Both the position numbers and the translations under genes were made by a program. This document shows positions 1-12,882 of a stretch of 64,000 bases of DNA, piece after piece. The notes beneath the pieces are model-generated. The model did no database searches, had not been told where the DNA came from, and saw only the letters and a list, made by a program, of their open reading frames with translations. Each line of letters begins with the position of its first letter. The stretch's first letter is position 1. This stretch comes from Macrostomum lignano (taxonomy: Eukaryota). The stretch covers positions 1 through 64,000 of the forward strand of contig NIVC01002792.1 of assembly GCA_002269645.1 (NCBI GenBank), in the 5' to 3' direction.

Positions 1-170
1 GCTGCAAGTGCCGAACATCAATTAATTATTCGTATAGCGAAGCTCTGCATTTGCTTGCCTTAGATCGAAATTCCATGGCACCGTAAATTTTACACGACCA
101 TACGAGTGAGTACACGCGGTCGGTTAAGGTCAGCTATTTTATTCACTTTTTACGCTTTGATGTTCACGGT

Positions 171-1399
171 GGTGTGTTCTACATCTCTGGTGTGTTCTAC
201 ACCCTCTGGTGTGTTCTACACCCTCTGGTGTGTTTAACACCCTCTGGTGTGTTTAACACCCTCTGGTGTGTTCTACACCCTCTGGTGTGTTCTACACCCT
301 CTGGTGTGTTCTACACCCTCTGGTGTGTTCTACATCCTCTGGTGTGTTCTACACCCTCTGGTGTGTTCTACACCCTCTGGTGTGTTTAACACCCTCTGGT
401 GTGTTTAAACCCTCTGGTGTGTTCTACACCCTCTGGTGTGTTCTACACCCTCTGGTGTGTTCTACACCCTCTGGTGTGTTCTACAATCCTCTGGTGTGTT
501 CTACACCCTCTGGTGTGTTCTACACCCTCTGGTGTGTTTAACACCCTCTGGTGTGTTTAACACCTCTGGTGTGTTCTACACCCTCTGGTGTGTTCTACAC
601 CCTCTGGTGTGTTTAACACCCTCTGGTGTGTTTAACACCCTCTGGTGTGTTCTACACCCTCTGGTGTGTTCTACACCCTCTGGTGTGTTTAACACCCTCT
701 GGTGTGTTTAACACCCTCTGGTGTGTTCTACACCTCTGGTGTGTTCTACACCCTCTGGTGTGTTCTACACCCTCTGGTGTGTTCTACATCCTCTGGTGTG
801 TTCTACACCTCTGGTGTGTTCTACACCCTCTGGTGTGTTTAACACCCTCTGGTGTGTTTAACCCTCTGGTGTGTTCTACACCCTCTGGTGTGTTTAACAC
901 CCTCTGGTGTGTTCTACACCCTCTGGTGTGTTCTACACCCTCTGGTGTGTTTAACACCCTCTGGTGTGTTTAACACCCTCTGGTGTGTTCTACACCCTCT
1001 GGTGTGTTCTACACCCTCTGGTGTGTTCTACACCCTCTGGTGTGTTCTACATCCTCTGGTGTGTTCTACACCCTCTGGTGTGTTCTACACCCTCTGGTGT
1101 GTTCTACACCCTCTGGTGTGTTTAACACCCTCTGGTGTGTTTAACACCCTCTGGTGTGTTCTACACCCTCTGGTGTGTTCTACACCCTCTGGTGTGTTTA
1201 ACACCCTCTGGTGTGTTTAACACCCTCTGGTGTGTTCTACACCCTCTGGTGTGTTCTACACCCTCTGGTGTGTTCTACACCCTCTGGTGTGTTCTACACC
1301 CTCTGGTGTGTTCTACACCCTCTGGTGTGTTCTACACCCTCTGGTGTGTTCTACACCCTCTGGTGTGTTCTACACCCTCTGGTGTGTTCTACACCCTCT
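171..1399. repeat. 19-20 bp minisatellite (CTCTGGTGTGTTCTACACC)n
   Basis: Period 19 read directly (20 for the TTTAA variant). The unit has an internal inverted pair GGTGT...ACACC. Confidence 0.97.
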
Positions 1400-1676
1400 T
1401 ATCTGCTGTCTCCTACACCAGTTAAACGCCTCGAACACTACAAACTTTGAAATGACGGGTACCTTCCGATAGACATGAGCATTTCAAAGACTGCAAAATA
1501 GTTGTTACCTGTAACTTTTTCCTTTTTTGCATGAGTCATTTTCAACTGCCGACTTTCAACAAATTGAATTCGTTAATGGATGCAGACCGATCAGCATGCT
1601 TGCTGGATTTATTTGCAAGTATCAAACATTCAAACAAAATCGAATTCAATTTTCAGATTGACAGCTCGATGGCCAA

Positions 1677-2354
1677 TCACTGCTGCCCGTGCGCGGAGCT
1701 GCAGCCGCGGCCCCGGCAGCCTGGCGAGCAGAATCGACAGCACGGCCTGTCGGTTGGCGCTGCTGCCGACATCCCCGCAGCTGCCGCCTGCTTCCTGCCC
1801 GCGGCCGGCGTTCTGGGCTCCCACAATGGCGAGGCGGCTTCTCTCCACCTCGCCGGTGCTGCCGCCGCCGGCACCTCCTCTTCCTCCTCATCGGCGGCGG
1901 CAGTGCCGAAGGCTCGCTTCTTTGCCGCGCCAGCATTCTCGCGGACCAGCCCGTTGGAGGCGGAGGCCGTTTCAACAACCGACTCCGTCGCTGTACCGGC
2001 CGCTCTCGATGACCTCTGACTTCGGGCCCGACGCCCGGACGCTACCAGCTCCGCCCGTTCTTCGCTGACTGCGCCAACGTCGAAGCTGCCGTCGTCGCCC
2101 TCGAATTCGCCGAACCAGACGGCGCGGAAGAACCGCTCGCCGCAGAGCACGGAGAGGGCCAGCAGCACGACGGACACCGTCCAGGAGGCCAGCTGGGCCG
2201 TGGTCATCAGGCTCAGGTAGCGCGGCCCCCGGAAGTACAGGTACCGTGCGCCCTCCAGCCGCAGCCTTTGGTGTCGCCTTCGCTAAGTGGGCCGCCGCCG
2301 CACCCGCTCAGCTGCCAGGGCATCGACTGGATGGCCGCGCAGGTCAGGCCGCCG
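1677..2354 (-). CDS. TMEM179: TMEM179-like membrane protein, exon 3 (one frameshift near 2267-2269)
   Basis: Acceptor TTCAG| at 2355-2356. Reads GGLTCAAIQSMPWQL..., then after +1 A in an AAA run RLRLEGARYLYFRGPRYLSLMTTAQLASWTVSVVLLALSVL. This resembles the TMEM179 C-terminal 'SCEELQ...QFGLWASW' TM4 region. Confidence 0.7.
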
Positions 2355-2391
2355 CTGAAGCCGGGGTGTGATTTGTTCTGTTTTCCTCCCA

Positions 2392-2640
2392 TGACCATCC
2401 TCCCTTGACCATCCTCCCCTGACCATCCTCCCCTGACCATCCTCCCCTGACCATCCTCCCCTGACCATCCTCCCCTGACCATCCTCCCCTGACCATCCTC
2501 CCCTGACCATCCTCCCCTGACCATCCTCCCCTGACCATCCTCTTCTGACCATCTTCTCCTGAACATCCTTCATCCTCCCCTGACAATCCTCCTCTGACCA
2601 TCTTCCTCTGATCATCCTCCCCTGACCAGCACCCTTCTAC
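2392..2640. repeat. 14-bp intronic minisatellite (GACCATCCTCCCCT)n
   Basis: Period 14 read directly. It fills TMEM179 intron 2 (2355-2680). Confidence 0.95.
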
Positions 2641-2680
2641 TGACACTCACAGGCCATTAGCACCCTCCCCTGACGCTCAC

Positions 2681-2848
2681 TGAACTTCGGCAGCCAGTTT
2701 ATTCGCAGTCTCGCTGTCATCCAGGTCGCGCAGCACCGCCTTGCACCAGTAGGTCTGTCCCAGGGTGAGCACGCAGCTGGAGATGATCTGGCTGGTGCAC
2801 AGCACGGAGTTGAACAGCAGCGAGGGGAAAATTAGCCGACGCAAGTGC
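2681..2848 (-). CDS. TMEM179: TMEM179-like, exon 2
   Basis: TTTAG| acceptor at 2849-2850 and |GTGAGC donor at 2680; phases match both flanking exons. Reads HLRRLIFPSLLFNSVLCTSQIISSCVLTLGQTYWCKAV (TM3 plus the conserved WC). Confidence 0.75.
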
Positions 2849-2974
2849 CTAAACGATTGGAAGGTTGCGTTTCTTAGAAATGCACTTATAAGATTTTTCG
2901 CAATGCCCTTAAATGGCGTCAGCTTTTTCACCCGCCAGTGAGTCATTCACTTTCACAAGCCCTTAAACTTTACA

Positions 2975-3655
2975 ACTTTAGAGTTTGTTGAGTTTAGGGT
3001 TTGTTGAGTTTTGGGTTTGTTGAGTTTTGGGTTTTTTGAGTTTTGGGTTTGTTGAGTTTTGGGTTTGTTGAGTTTTGGGTTTGTTGAGTTTTGGGTTTGT
3101 TGAGTTTTGGGTTTGTTGAGTTTTGGGTTTGTTGAGTTTTGGGTTTGTTGAGTTTTGGGTTTGTTGAGTTTTGGGTTTGTTGAGTTTTGGGTTTGTTGAG
3201 TTTTGGTTTGTTGAGTTTTGGGTTTGTTGAGTTTTGGGTTTGTTGAGTTTTGGGTTTGTTGAGTTTTGGGTTTGTTGAGTTTTGGGTTTGTTGAGTTTAG
3301 GGTTTGTTGAGTTTAGGGTTTGTTGAGTTTTGGGTTTGTTGAGTTTAGGGTTTGTTGAGTTTAGGGTTTGTTGAGTTTTGGGTTTGTTGAGTTTAGGGTT
3401 TGTTGAGTTTAGAGTTTGTTGAGTTTAGGGTTTGTTGAGTTTTGGGTTTGTTGAGTTTTGGGTTTGTTGAGTTTAGGGTTTGTTGAGTTTAGGGTTTGTT
3501 GAGTTTTGGGTTTGTTGAGTTTAGGGTTTGTTGAGTTTAGGGTTTGTTGAGTTTTGGGTTTGTTGAAATTTGGGTTTGTTGAGTTTTGGGTTTGTTGAAA
3601 TTTGGGTTTGTTGAGTTTTAGGTTTGTTGAGTTTTGGGTTTGTTGAGTTTTGTGT
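2975..3655. repeat. 16-bp minisatellite (GGGTTTGTTGAGTTTT)n
   Basis: Period 16 read directly; lies in TMEM179 intron 1. Confidence 0.95.
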
Positions 3656-4235
3656 TTCTGATGTTTGATATTTGTAAAGCCTAGCGTATCTAACCTTTAG
3701 GAATTGGAATTTGAAATTGGAATTGAAGTTTCGGAATTGTGAAGGAGTTAAATTTATTTTTTGGTAAGCCTGTCATTACATGCATGACTCAAGGACCACT
3801 AGGAACACTAGTAGTCCTTGACAGGACTTTACCGACAGTGCTACGGGCGCATGCAGCCTCTTGCCTATTTTCATCACAATCTGTACTTTCTGCACTTTCC
3901 AGTAAAACAAGAAGATGCAGATCTGCTTGACTTCTTCAGCCACCCTCAAGCGGGAGGCCGATCGGTTTTCTGTTGCCAAAGGCAAGCAGCCGATTTTTTA
4001 AAAGCATTCTGCGATTTCCAACCCGGCGGCAGGCAAACAGAAAAACTGGATCGTCTTTTCAGTTCAGTTGAAAGCCGCAGCGCCAGAATCAAGAAGAGAC
4101 TCCCGATGCTTTTCTGGACGAAAAATTTCAGCCCAAAAAATCTTAACAACCACCTGTTGCATCAGGTCTGACATAAGTACTACTAGCGATATGGCACAGA
4201 AACCGTTGCCGTACACTTTTTCTTTTGCTAACGTC

Positions 4236-5099
<864 letters not shown>

Positions 5100-5228
5100 T
5101 AATTTCAGCCAGCTGTCGCCGCTGGCTCAGCAGAAGAGAAGCCGCTTGTACAAGGTGTCTCAACAGGCGTGCCAATGCAACACGAAGCAAAGCCCTGTTG
5201 TTATTGATATGCTAATATAAACAATCAC

Positions 5229-5716
5229 CCGTTACGGCCTCCGGCCGCGGGCGCGCCTCCGCCGCTGCCTCTGCCATTGCTGACTAAAGCGAACAGCAGG
5301 CCCCACATCAGCGTGAAGCCGGCTGTGGCCCCGGCCAGGTACAGCGCATAGCGGCAGGTCTTCATCTCGCCTGTCCGAACCCCGCCGGACAGCCGGAGCG
5401 AGTGCAGCAGGCCGCCGTGGGCCGTCACTGCTGCCGCCGATCGGTTGTTTGCGTTTTTAGCAGCCGCTGGCTGGGAGGACTTCGGCTTCTGCTGCGGAGC
5501 CGGCGGCGGCAGCAGCTCCGCTTTAGCTGGCCAGGCGTAGAGCGGGCAGAGGCCGTCCAAGTCGGACATGGTCAGCTGCAGGGCGACGCAGACGGCCACG
5601 GAGAAGGCGCAGGCGGCCGAGTAGAGAGCCAGCTGCGCCCAGCGGATCCATTGGTGCTGGCAGCGCTGCCGCCTGTGCCGCCGCTGCTGCTCGTTACGGC
5701 GCCGGCTGCTCAGCAT
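5229..5716 (-). CDS. TMEM179: TMEM179-like, exon 1
   Basis: ATG at 5716. AQLALYSAACAFSVAVCVALQLTMSDLDGLCPLYA matches the TMEM179 TM1 plus 'F.G.C.L' motif, and TCRYALYLAGATAGFTLMWG matches TM2. Donor GG|GTGATT at 5228. Confidence 0.75.
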
Positions 5717-6257
5717 TGGAACGACAGATAGGTGGGGTCTGTTTTTTATCACTGAAGCTTAATTCACTTCAAGTAGAGTCTAAAATAGGTGTAATACACT
5801 GCTGTGGCTCAAGACGCCTGGAGAGTATTTTCTATTCGATAGAATTCTGCTAGCCAATGAATAACCAGCTGACATCCAAACTATATGCATGTAGATCACA
5901 GTCTAGTCTTCTAGCTTCTATAGCCACGCACTATTAAGCTTAAAACACACGCGTGAATCGTGCAAAGTTTTTGGGCGGCTGATTATTCAAAATAATTTTT
6001 TTCTTGGCTCCAGAGGAAATACAGTAGGAAATACAACTCTATAATACGTGTAGGGTAGAATATACGTAGATATGCACATGTGGGGCAGCGGAGCGAGCGT
6101 CCGCGTGTTGAGCGTCGGCGTGAGCGAAATCGGCGTGGTCGGCAATGTGGTGCCGCCCGTCCAGCTGCTGCCGCTCTGGCCCATACGGATCCTCTGGGTG
6201 GCGCCAGGGACTGAGAGGCTCATCTACATCGAGCCCCAGCCGTACCACAGGGCACGC

Positions 6258-7190
6258 TTTGGGTCGGGACGCTGCACTGCCGCACTCTCAAGGCGGACAT
6301 CGCACTGCAGGAGGTGTCTATAAAGACTGATCCAGGGCTTCACTGTGAGGATCTGGGCGCCGGATGGTCCTTCTACTACACATCGGCGGGCCAACGAGGC
6401 CGTGGAGGAGTTGGAGCGCTGGTCGGAGCAGTCGCTGCGTCTCTCTGTCCCATCGGCTGCTCCGGGTCGACGTTCGGCTTCGCGGCCGGAACGCTCGCCT
6501 GTTCTGCGCGTACGCGCCTCCTGCCACCCGACCTGGCGAGGCTCAAGAATTCTTTCAGCAGCTCTCGATACAGGTGGAGGCAACGGCGCAGCGTGACAAT
6601 CCTCGGAGACCTAGGAAAGCTAGCGCTTTCATTGCGCTCGGCGGCAAACGTGGAGGTGCCGAGTACGCGGTGTGCGCTGCAGTTCGAGCCGCCGCAAAGC
6701 AAGCAGTCCCGCTGATGCGACCGGCCCAGAAAGAGCAGCCGGTATGGCAAGACGACCCTGCGATTCGGCAAGCGAGGCCGGAAGAGCTGGAGAGACTTCG
6801 TTTGAGCAGGCGACCTACCCGCGAGGCAGAGGAGGTCTTGGCGGCTGTCTGTCTACAGCGCCAGCAGGCGGCTATTGATGACGCCATTCGAGCAGTCTCT
6901 GCTGCTGGGCCGATGGCAGAGGCCGCGTGGCCTGGTCGGCTATCAATGCTCTGACGGGGCGAAAGCGGCGCATTCCGCTAAACCTGCAGGCGACTCTGGG
7001 GACGAGCGCAGGAACGAGCTGCGTGAGTTCTTCGCCGCCGTTGTCAATCGCGCCGCCACCCCGCTGCCAGACAGTCTGACGCTGCCGCCGGAGATGCCGT
7101 TGCCGGCAGAGGAGAGCTTCAGCCTAGCACCAGTCAGCACAGCCGACGTTGTGAGGCTCGCCCAACAGTCACCAGGCCGGGTCCGGTTTC
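6258..7190 (+). mobile_element. Decayed RTE-like non-LTR retrotransposon fragment (APE endonuclease and linker)
   Basis: VGTLHCRTLKADIALQEV, RGRGGVGALVG, LLRVDVRLRGRNARLFCAYAP and TILGDL are AP-endonuclease motifs, spread over shifted frames. Confidence 0.8.
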
Positions 7191-9535
7191 AATCCCCACG
7201 CCACAGTGCCAGCAACGCACGTACATCTATTCAGGCTGTGAACATGGCAGCGCTCAGATGTACCGTACAATCGCTGCAAACGGACAGCCCGCTGACTGCA
7301 CACCTGAAACCCTAATTAATTGCTGTGGGTCACTGTCAGCGTATTTCTTTTGACGTTGATTAACGTGTATTAGTTTTTATTTTTTGTAAAACGTAGCTAG
7401 GATGACTTATGCTGTAATTTAAGTAGTCTTTGGTGCAGTGTTCGCGCGCTTTCTTTTTAATCTCTTCGAAAAACGGTAAAAATCTATTTCATGACTGATA
7501 AGTATGCCGAATTTTTTCGGTTTGTATATGCATCTTAAAAGTATTTAAAGCACGGAAGGTGTATTCGATCATTGGGATCAATTCTTTTGTTTATGAAGTA
7601 ACTACTTGCAAATTACAAAAGACCTTTCCAAAACTTTAGACAGTGTGAAGTGAAATATCGCAAAAGCAATTCGTTAGGCTCGGATTATTTGATCGAAAAA
7701 ATACGGTACTTATAACAAAATAGATGCAGCTGTTCCTGTTGTCTGTAAAAATAAAGCCAAAATTGGAATGAAATGCTTGTCTCTTGACAAGCTTATGTTT
7801 CAGAAAAAAGTAGTTTAAATCAGCGATGAATTAGATAAACCAGCTAGCGTATTTCTGCAATTAATTCTGCAATTTATTACCTATTTTTTATTAGAATAGT
7901 AGTAGACCTACCTAAGAAGGTTATTCCCAGAACTTAAGTATTTCACTAACGGACTGATGGACTACTATTGGACTACATAATACTTTTAATTTAGTTATTA
8001 CGCATATCCTTATAGTCTCATGACAATATTTATGCATTGTGATCTATTAAACTTATGACTGGCTTCTGCATGCCATAGCCTATGGCATAGGCATAGGCAT
8101 AGCAGATTCAGATTGAGATTGCTAGAATAGGCGATAGGCTTAGGCCTTGACTACCTAAGTTGACTACCTTTAATACTCTAATACTACTGTTTACTATTTA
8201 ATATTACTTTGTTTACCACCTTGACTATTTGACTTGTTGTTAAGCTTACACTAGACTATAAAATTGTATGATAAAATAATGCCAATTTTTTTTGTAACAT
8301 AAATGCAGCCTAAGTTTCCTGACCAACTAGTATAATTTCAAGCTTATTTGAAAAAGCACCATGCATTTTTAGATATCACCTTAGCTCATTTAGCAAAGCC
8401 AATGTGGTTTAGATTAATTTAGTTTTGTATATATCATATCTTATCTTTAGAAATTATAGTCTTAACAAAATGGTATCTATGTTTTTTGTATCCAGCATTT
8501 CTGTGCCCCAGTGCCAGTTTGCTTTTCAGTGCCTAAATTATGTTAGACTTAGACACAAAATATAAAGTAAGCCCTTATTTAACAATTAAATGTTTTGTAG
8601 TACTTTTTTACTTTAAATAACTGAGGTATTATTCATTTTTTTAAAAAGACTCTTGTTGGTTGTTGACTCAAGTTACATTTAAGTTTTTGTCTCAATTTCT
8701 CAAGAAATCAAATGAGCATGTGACTCAAAGAATATAATATTAAATTGGATTTGTCAAATTTTATAATTTTGATCAAAACTATATGACTGATAATATTAAG
8801 TCTGGAATAATAGTCACAAGAGTTCAATTATTGCTGCTACTGCTAGGCCTAGATACCAAATTGTAAGATATGGCCAAGGCATATGTAGCTAGGTAGAAAA
8901 CTGCTGATAACTGATAGAAAAATCTATCAAATATGCTGCATAGAAGCCTTGCTGCTATATGCAATAGTAAGTTGCCTCTCCATAGTGGAAGAGATAGCCT
9001 TGCAATTTAGAAAGAAGGAAAACAGAATGCAATGCTTACTACATAGCAGCCTTAAAGTCTAGGATACAGGCCTTGGGCACAACCTGGTTAGCAAGTAGCT
9101 CCTTTATCATGCTGAAAATGGCTTGGTAGTTGGGAATAGACTTGCAACTGTCCCTGATGGTACAGTTGTTAGTATGCAGCAACTGAAATGCTTATGCCAA
9201 AACAATAGCAACAATGCTGCTATGTCAATATTGAGAATTTGAATCAGTTTGTCATGTAAGATGACAAAGTGTCTAGAAACTGTTGGAAATATGAGCATAT
9301 CTAAAAATATCAATTTCTATTATTCACATGTCTTCTTGAACACTATTTTTTTCTTATATTTTTAGTAGTTAATCTGTCAATAATTCATTAAATAACTAAT
9401 GGATAAATAATAAATAATAAATCATCCAATTAAAGAAACATAGTCTAGAAATACAGTAAAGTATACTGTTTTTAAGATGGTTAAAATAAAAAAATTCTCT
9501 TATTGGATATTAAAATTAAAATATTGTGATAACCA

Positions 9536-9713
9536 TGCTTGGGCGCAACCTAGGGATTCACCCGGCCGTTTCTATTGGCAACACACACACACACACATGT
9601 AAGTCGCTATTGGACGGAATAATAGTCACGTGACTGATCTCAGCCAATAGCGACTTACATGTGCATGTTGCCATTAGAAACGGCCGGGTGATTCCCAAGG
9701 TTGCGCATGTATG
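9536..9713. mobile_element. Foldback/hairpin MITE-like element
   Basis: Arms GCGCAACCTAGGGATTCACCCGGCCGTTTCTATTGGCAACA...CACATGTAAGTCGCTATTGG are near-perfect reverse complements of the right half. A 10-bp direct repeat GTGATAACCA flanks it (9526-9535, 9714-9723). Confidence 0.75.
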
Positions 9714-10217
9714 GTGATAACCAAATTACACATACTAAATGACATCTCATTATGAAAAATAAGCTTCACAATATATGTCATTACATTTTATTTCCATTTT
9801 TTCAAAAAGTCTTTTCATCTGCCAGTAGACAAAAAGGCTATGCACATATATTATTTTTAAATATCACAATTACTAAAAATACTTAATTTGCCAAGAAAAA
9901 ATTATCTATGACCAAGGCCAACTACTACAGCTATATTGTACATAAGCTCATATAGCTACATAGAAACCATAACCACTTTGTGAGGTTTTTTATTTTTAGT
10001 ATTAAAGAAATCAATTTTGAAACAATGAGCAACCAAACTAGAAAGAATATAATTAAATAATAATAATCAACCTACTTACTATATCAGTAGTATAAAGTTA
10101 TCTCCTTCATTACACTTTGGTTGCCTGCATTTTCTAGGACCTTTTTTCTATAAGCAAGTTTGTAAAAAGTGAACTTAACTTTTCAGCCAACCGGTGCTTA
10201 CCAGCTAACATACTACT

Positions 10218-10622
10218 ATGAGTAACCGACCAGGTCAGTACACTTATGGCTCAGGTGCTGGCGGCGCCGCCGGCAATCCAGGCGGAGGAGGCGCGCCCGG
10301 CGCCAACCCCGGCGCCAACTCCAACATGACCAACGATCAGATGAACCGGCTGCAACGCGATGTCAATGACGTCACTGGAATCATGCGCGACAACATGAAC
10401 CGTGTCATCGAGCGAGACGCCAACCTGAACGATCTGATGGCCCGCTCGGACAATCTGCACGAGTCCGCCGTAGTGTTCCAGCGCACCAGTCAGCGCGTGT
10501 CGCGCAAATACTGGTGGCAGAACACCAAAATGAAGATCATTATTGCCGTTGTGGTAATCGTGCTAATTATCATCATTGTCATTTCTATTCTGGCTTCAAC
10601 CGGCGCCTTCGATAAGAAATAG
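10218..10622 (+). CDS. Synaptobrevin/VAMP family R-SNARE (intronless, 134 aa)
   Basis: SNARE coil RLQRDVNDVTGIMRDNMNRVIERDANLNDL with zero-layer Arg, then RKYWWQN and a C-terminal TM helix. Confidence 0.95.
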   Translation: MSNRPGQYTYGSGAGGAAGNPGGGGAPGANPGANSNMTNDQMNRLQRDVNDVTGIMRDNMNRVIERDANLNDLMARSDNLHESAVVFQRTSQRVSRKYWWQNTKMKIIIAVVVIVLIIIIVISILASTGAFDKK

Positions 10623-10769
10623 GCGTCACCTGCCGCCGGGCGTTCGCTTCAGTGATTATCCAGATTGTGTGAGCAGCCGGACTCTGGGATTGCTATTTGA
10701 TTTTTTCTCTGCTTGTCTGTCTTTAAATTTTGTGTACAATTTCACTGGCTAATGCTGCACTAGGCTGTC

Positions 10770-11205
10770 CTACTGAATGACCTGAAGGGGACAGCGGTGT
10801 CCTGCTGAATAACCTGAAGGGAACAGCGGTGTCCTACTGAATGACCTGAAGGGGGCAGCAGTGTCCTGCTGAAAAACCTGAAGGGGGCAGCAGTGTCCTG
10901 CTGAATAACCTGAAGGGGGCAGCAGTGTCCTACTGAATAACCTGAAGGGGGCAGCAGTGTCCTGCTGAATAACCTGAAGGGGGCAGCAGTGTCCTGCTGA
11001 ATAACCTGAAGGGGGCAGCAGTGTCCTGCTGAATAACCTGAAGGGGCAGCAGTGTCCTGCTGAATAACCTGAAGGGGGCAGCAGTGTCCTACTGATTAAC
11101 CTGAAGGGGGCAGCAGTGTCCTGCTGAAAAACCTGAAGGGGGCAGCAGTGTCCTGCTGAATAACCTGAAGGGGCAGCAGTGTCCTGAAGGGGGCAGCGGT
11201 GTCCC
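10770..11205. repeat. 31-32 bp minisatellite (GTGTCCTGCTGAATAACCTGAAGGGGGCAGCA)n
   Basis: Period read directly; starts ~150 bp after the VAMP stop codon. Confidence 0.95.
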
Positions 11206-12220
11206 GCTGAATGAGCAGAAATAGACGGGGTCCGCGTGTATCTATAGAACACTTTGAAGTCGTGTGGGCCGGATCGACTTCGCATGCTAGCAAATGCTTA
11301 ATTGCCATATCATTCATTCAATTGTGCTGTTGTATATCCGTGACGTACGAGTCACGGAACCGCTTTGATTGTGTTTTTATGCAGGCTCTAAGATTTTTTT
11401 AATTGCTTTTTTTTAATTTCCGCAGCGAATTGCGCAAACGCCCCAAGGTGACTGACTTTTGTCGCGCACTGGTTGATCTGTGCTACTAAATTTTGGCTGT
11501 TTATTAAAATATTAATTCTCGACCCATTCATTCATCTCGATTTGTGCGTGTGTCTAATTGCGCGTAAAGCCGGGCTATAAAATTTACAACCGCTTCCCAT
11601 CCTAATTTTTCTCGCTTTATCAAAATAACTGTCTTCCCGAAATTTAGTTTTTTTACTTAAATTAATCTAGCAAGTTAGTTTCTTCAAGCTGTATTACTAG
11701 CAGTAGTAGTGTCTGGTTGTGCTCCGTTAGTTTTTGCCTTCCAAGCGAACAAACGCAGTAGTTATGTAGAGGTCGTGCGGTCTGCCGTGCTTCAAATTCA
11801 AATGCCGCCATATGATAATATTACTAATAGTAACCACTGCTGCCATGATTTTGTGCAATCCTTTTACGCTCCCAACGTCTTTAATTATTTTTGTATTACT
11901 GCACATTTATGTATGCCTACAAAATAAAATAATTTTTTATTGGTGCGGAATCACGCCTCGGTACGCATGAAGCCACAAATGGGATTTTATAAAGCGCAGA
12001 TTTTATAAAGTCGCGCACTATACTTATTTTACTATTGTAATATTGTAATACAGTAAAGTTTGGGCGCATTATCGAAGCAGTCGGGGCAAACTATGGACCA
12101 ACGGATACTGAAGATGCGTAGAACAAATGCTGGAAATTTTATCGCTGGCTTAATTTACAAATCTTATTGATTATTTAATTCGCAGATCATATGGAAAATT
12201 TGGCCAATGCCGTGAGAGGC

Positions 12221-12719
12221 TCAAATGTGATTTAGCGGCTGCAAGTTCAATCTGAACGCGTGCACCTGCGACTTCACCTTCTCCCGGCGCTCCAACAGGT
12301 AGATGATCTGCATCTCAGGGCTGTACACTGAGCAGTAGGGACTGAAGCTCAGGCCGAGGCGAAGGGCCAGGCAGAACCGAGGCACCTTCTGGCCGTGCTG
12401 CAACCGTCTTCTGTACCCGCAGAAGCAGTACACGTCCAGACTCTTCTCCATCTCCTTGCTCAGCAGCACCGTCTTGTGCGTGTCCTCGGCCTGGATTGTG
12501 ACCTCGCCAATCATAGGAATATCCTCGGCAAAGGAAGTTAACCTGAAGCCGGTCTCCAGGTGGAACACAATCACTCGGCCATCATTCTGCACAGCAACCA
12601 GGAAGGTGCTCATGAGCACGCTGGCGCTCAGCGGTCTGTGCAGGAAGCCCCGGCCAATCAGCAGACTGGATTCCTCCGACATCGGCTTGCTCATGTCGAA
12701 CTGTATGATGACGTCATTT
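12221..12719 (-). CDS. Beta-propeller (NHL/WD-like) protein, last exon
   Basis: CCTAG| acceptor at 12720-12721 joins the upstream exon in frame (...FVTDR-RNDVIIQFDM...). Beta-strand-rich repeats such as FLVAVQNDGRVIVFHL. The family call is approximate. Confidence 0.65.
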
Positions 12720-12882
12720 CTAGGACGGGTTTTTTAATATTGGGCGTCAGGTATATCAGCAGTTTGCATTAACAGATTGAAGAACAGACTAAACAGTCGC
12801 CACACTTGTAAGGTAAAAATTATATTGTTCTCTTTGCCACTTTTTCAGCGATTAAAAATTATTGTTCATTGTAACAAAATCA

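Noticed and set aside
171-1450. CRISPR-like or coding interpretation of the palindromic 19-bp array
   Set aside because: Units are head-to-tail with no unique spacers and no cas genes, in a eukaryotic context; the ORFs are repeat artefacts.
6090-6250. HDV-like ribozyme ahead of the RTE fragment
   Set aside because: A UCCGCGU loop-like motif is present but there is no P3 or P1 pairing.
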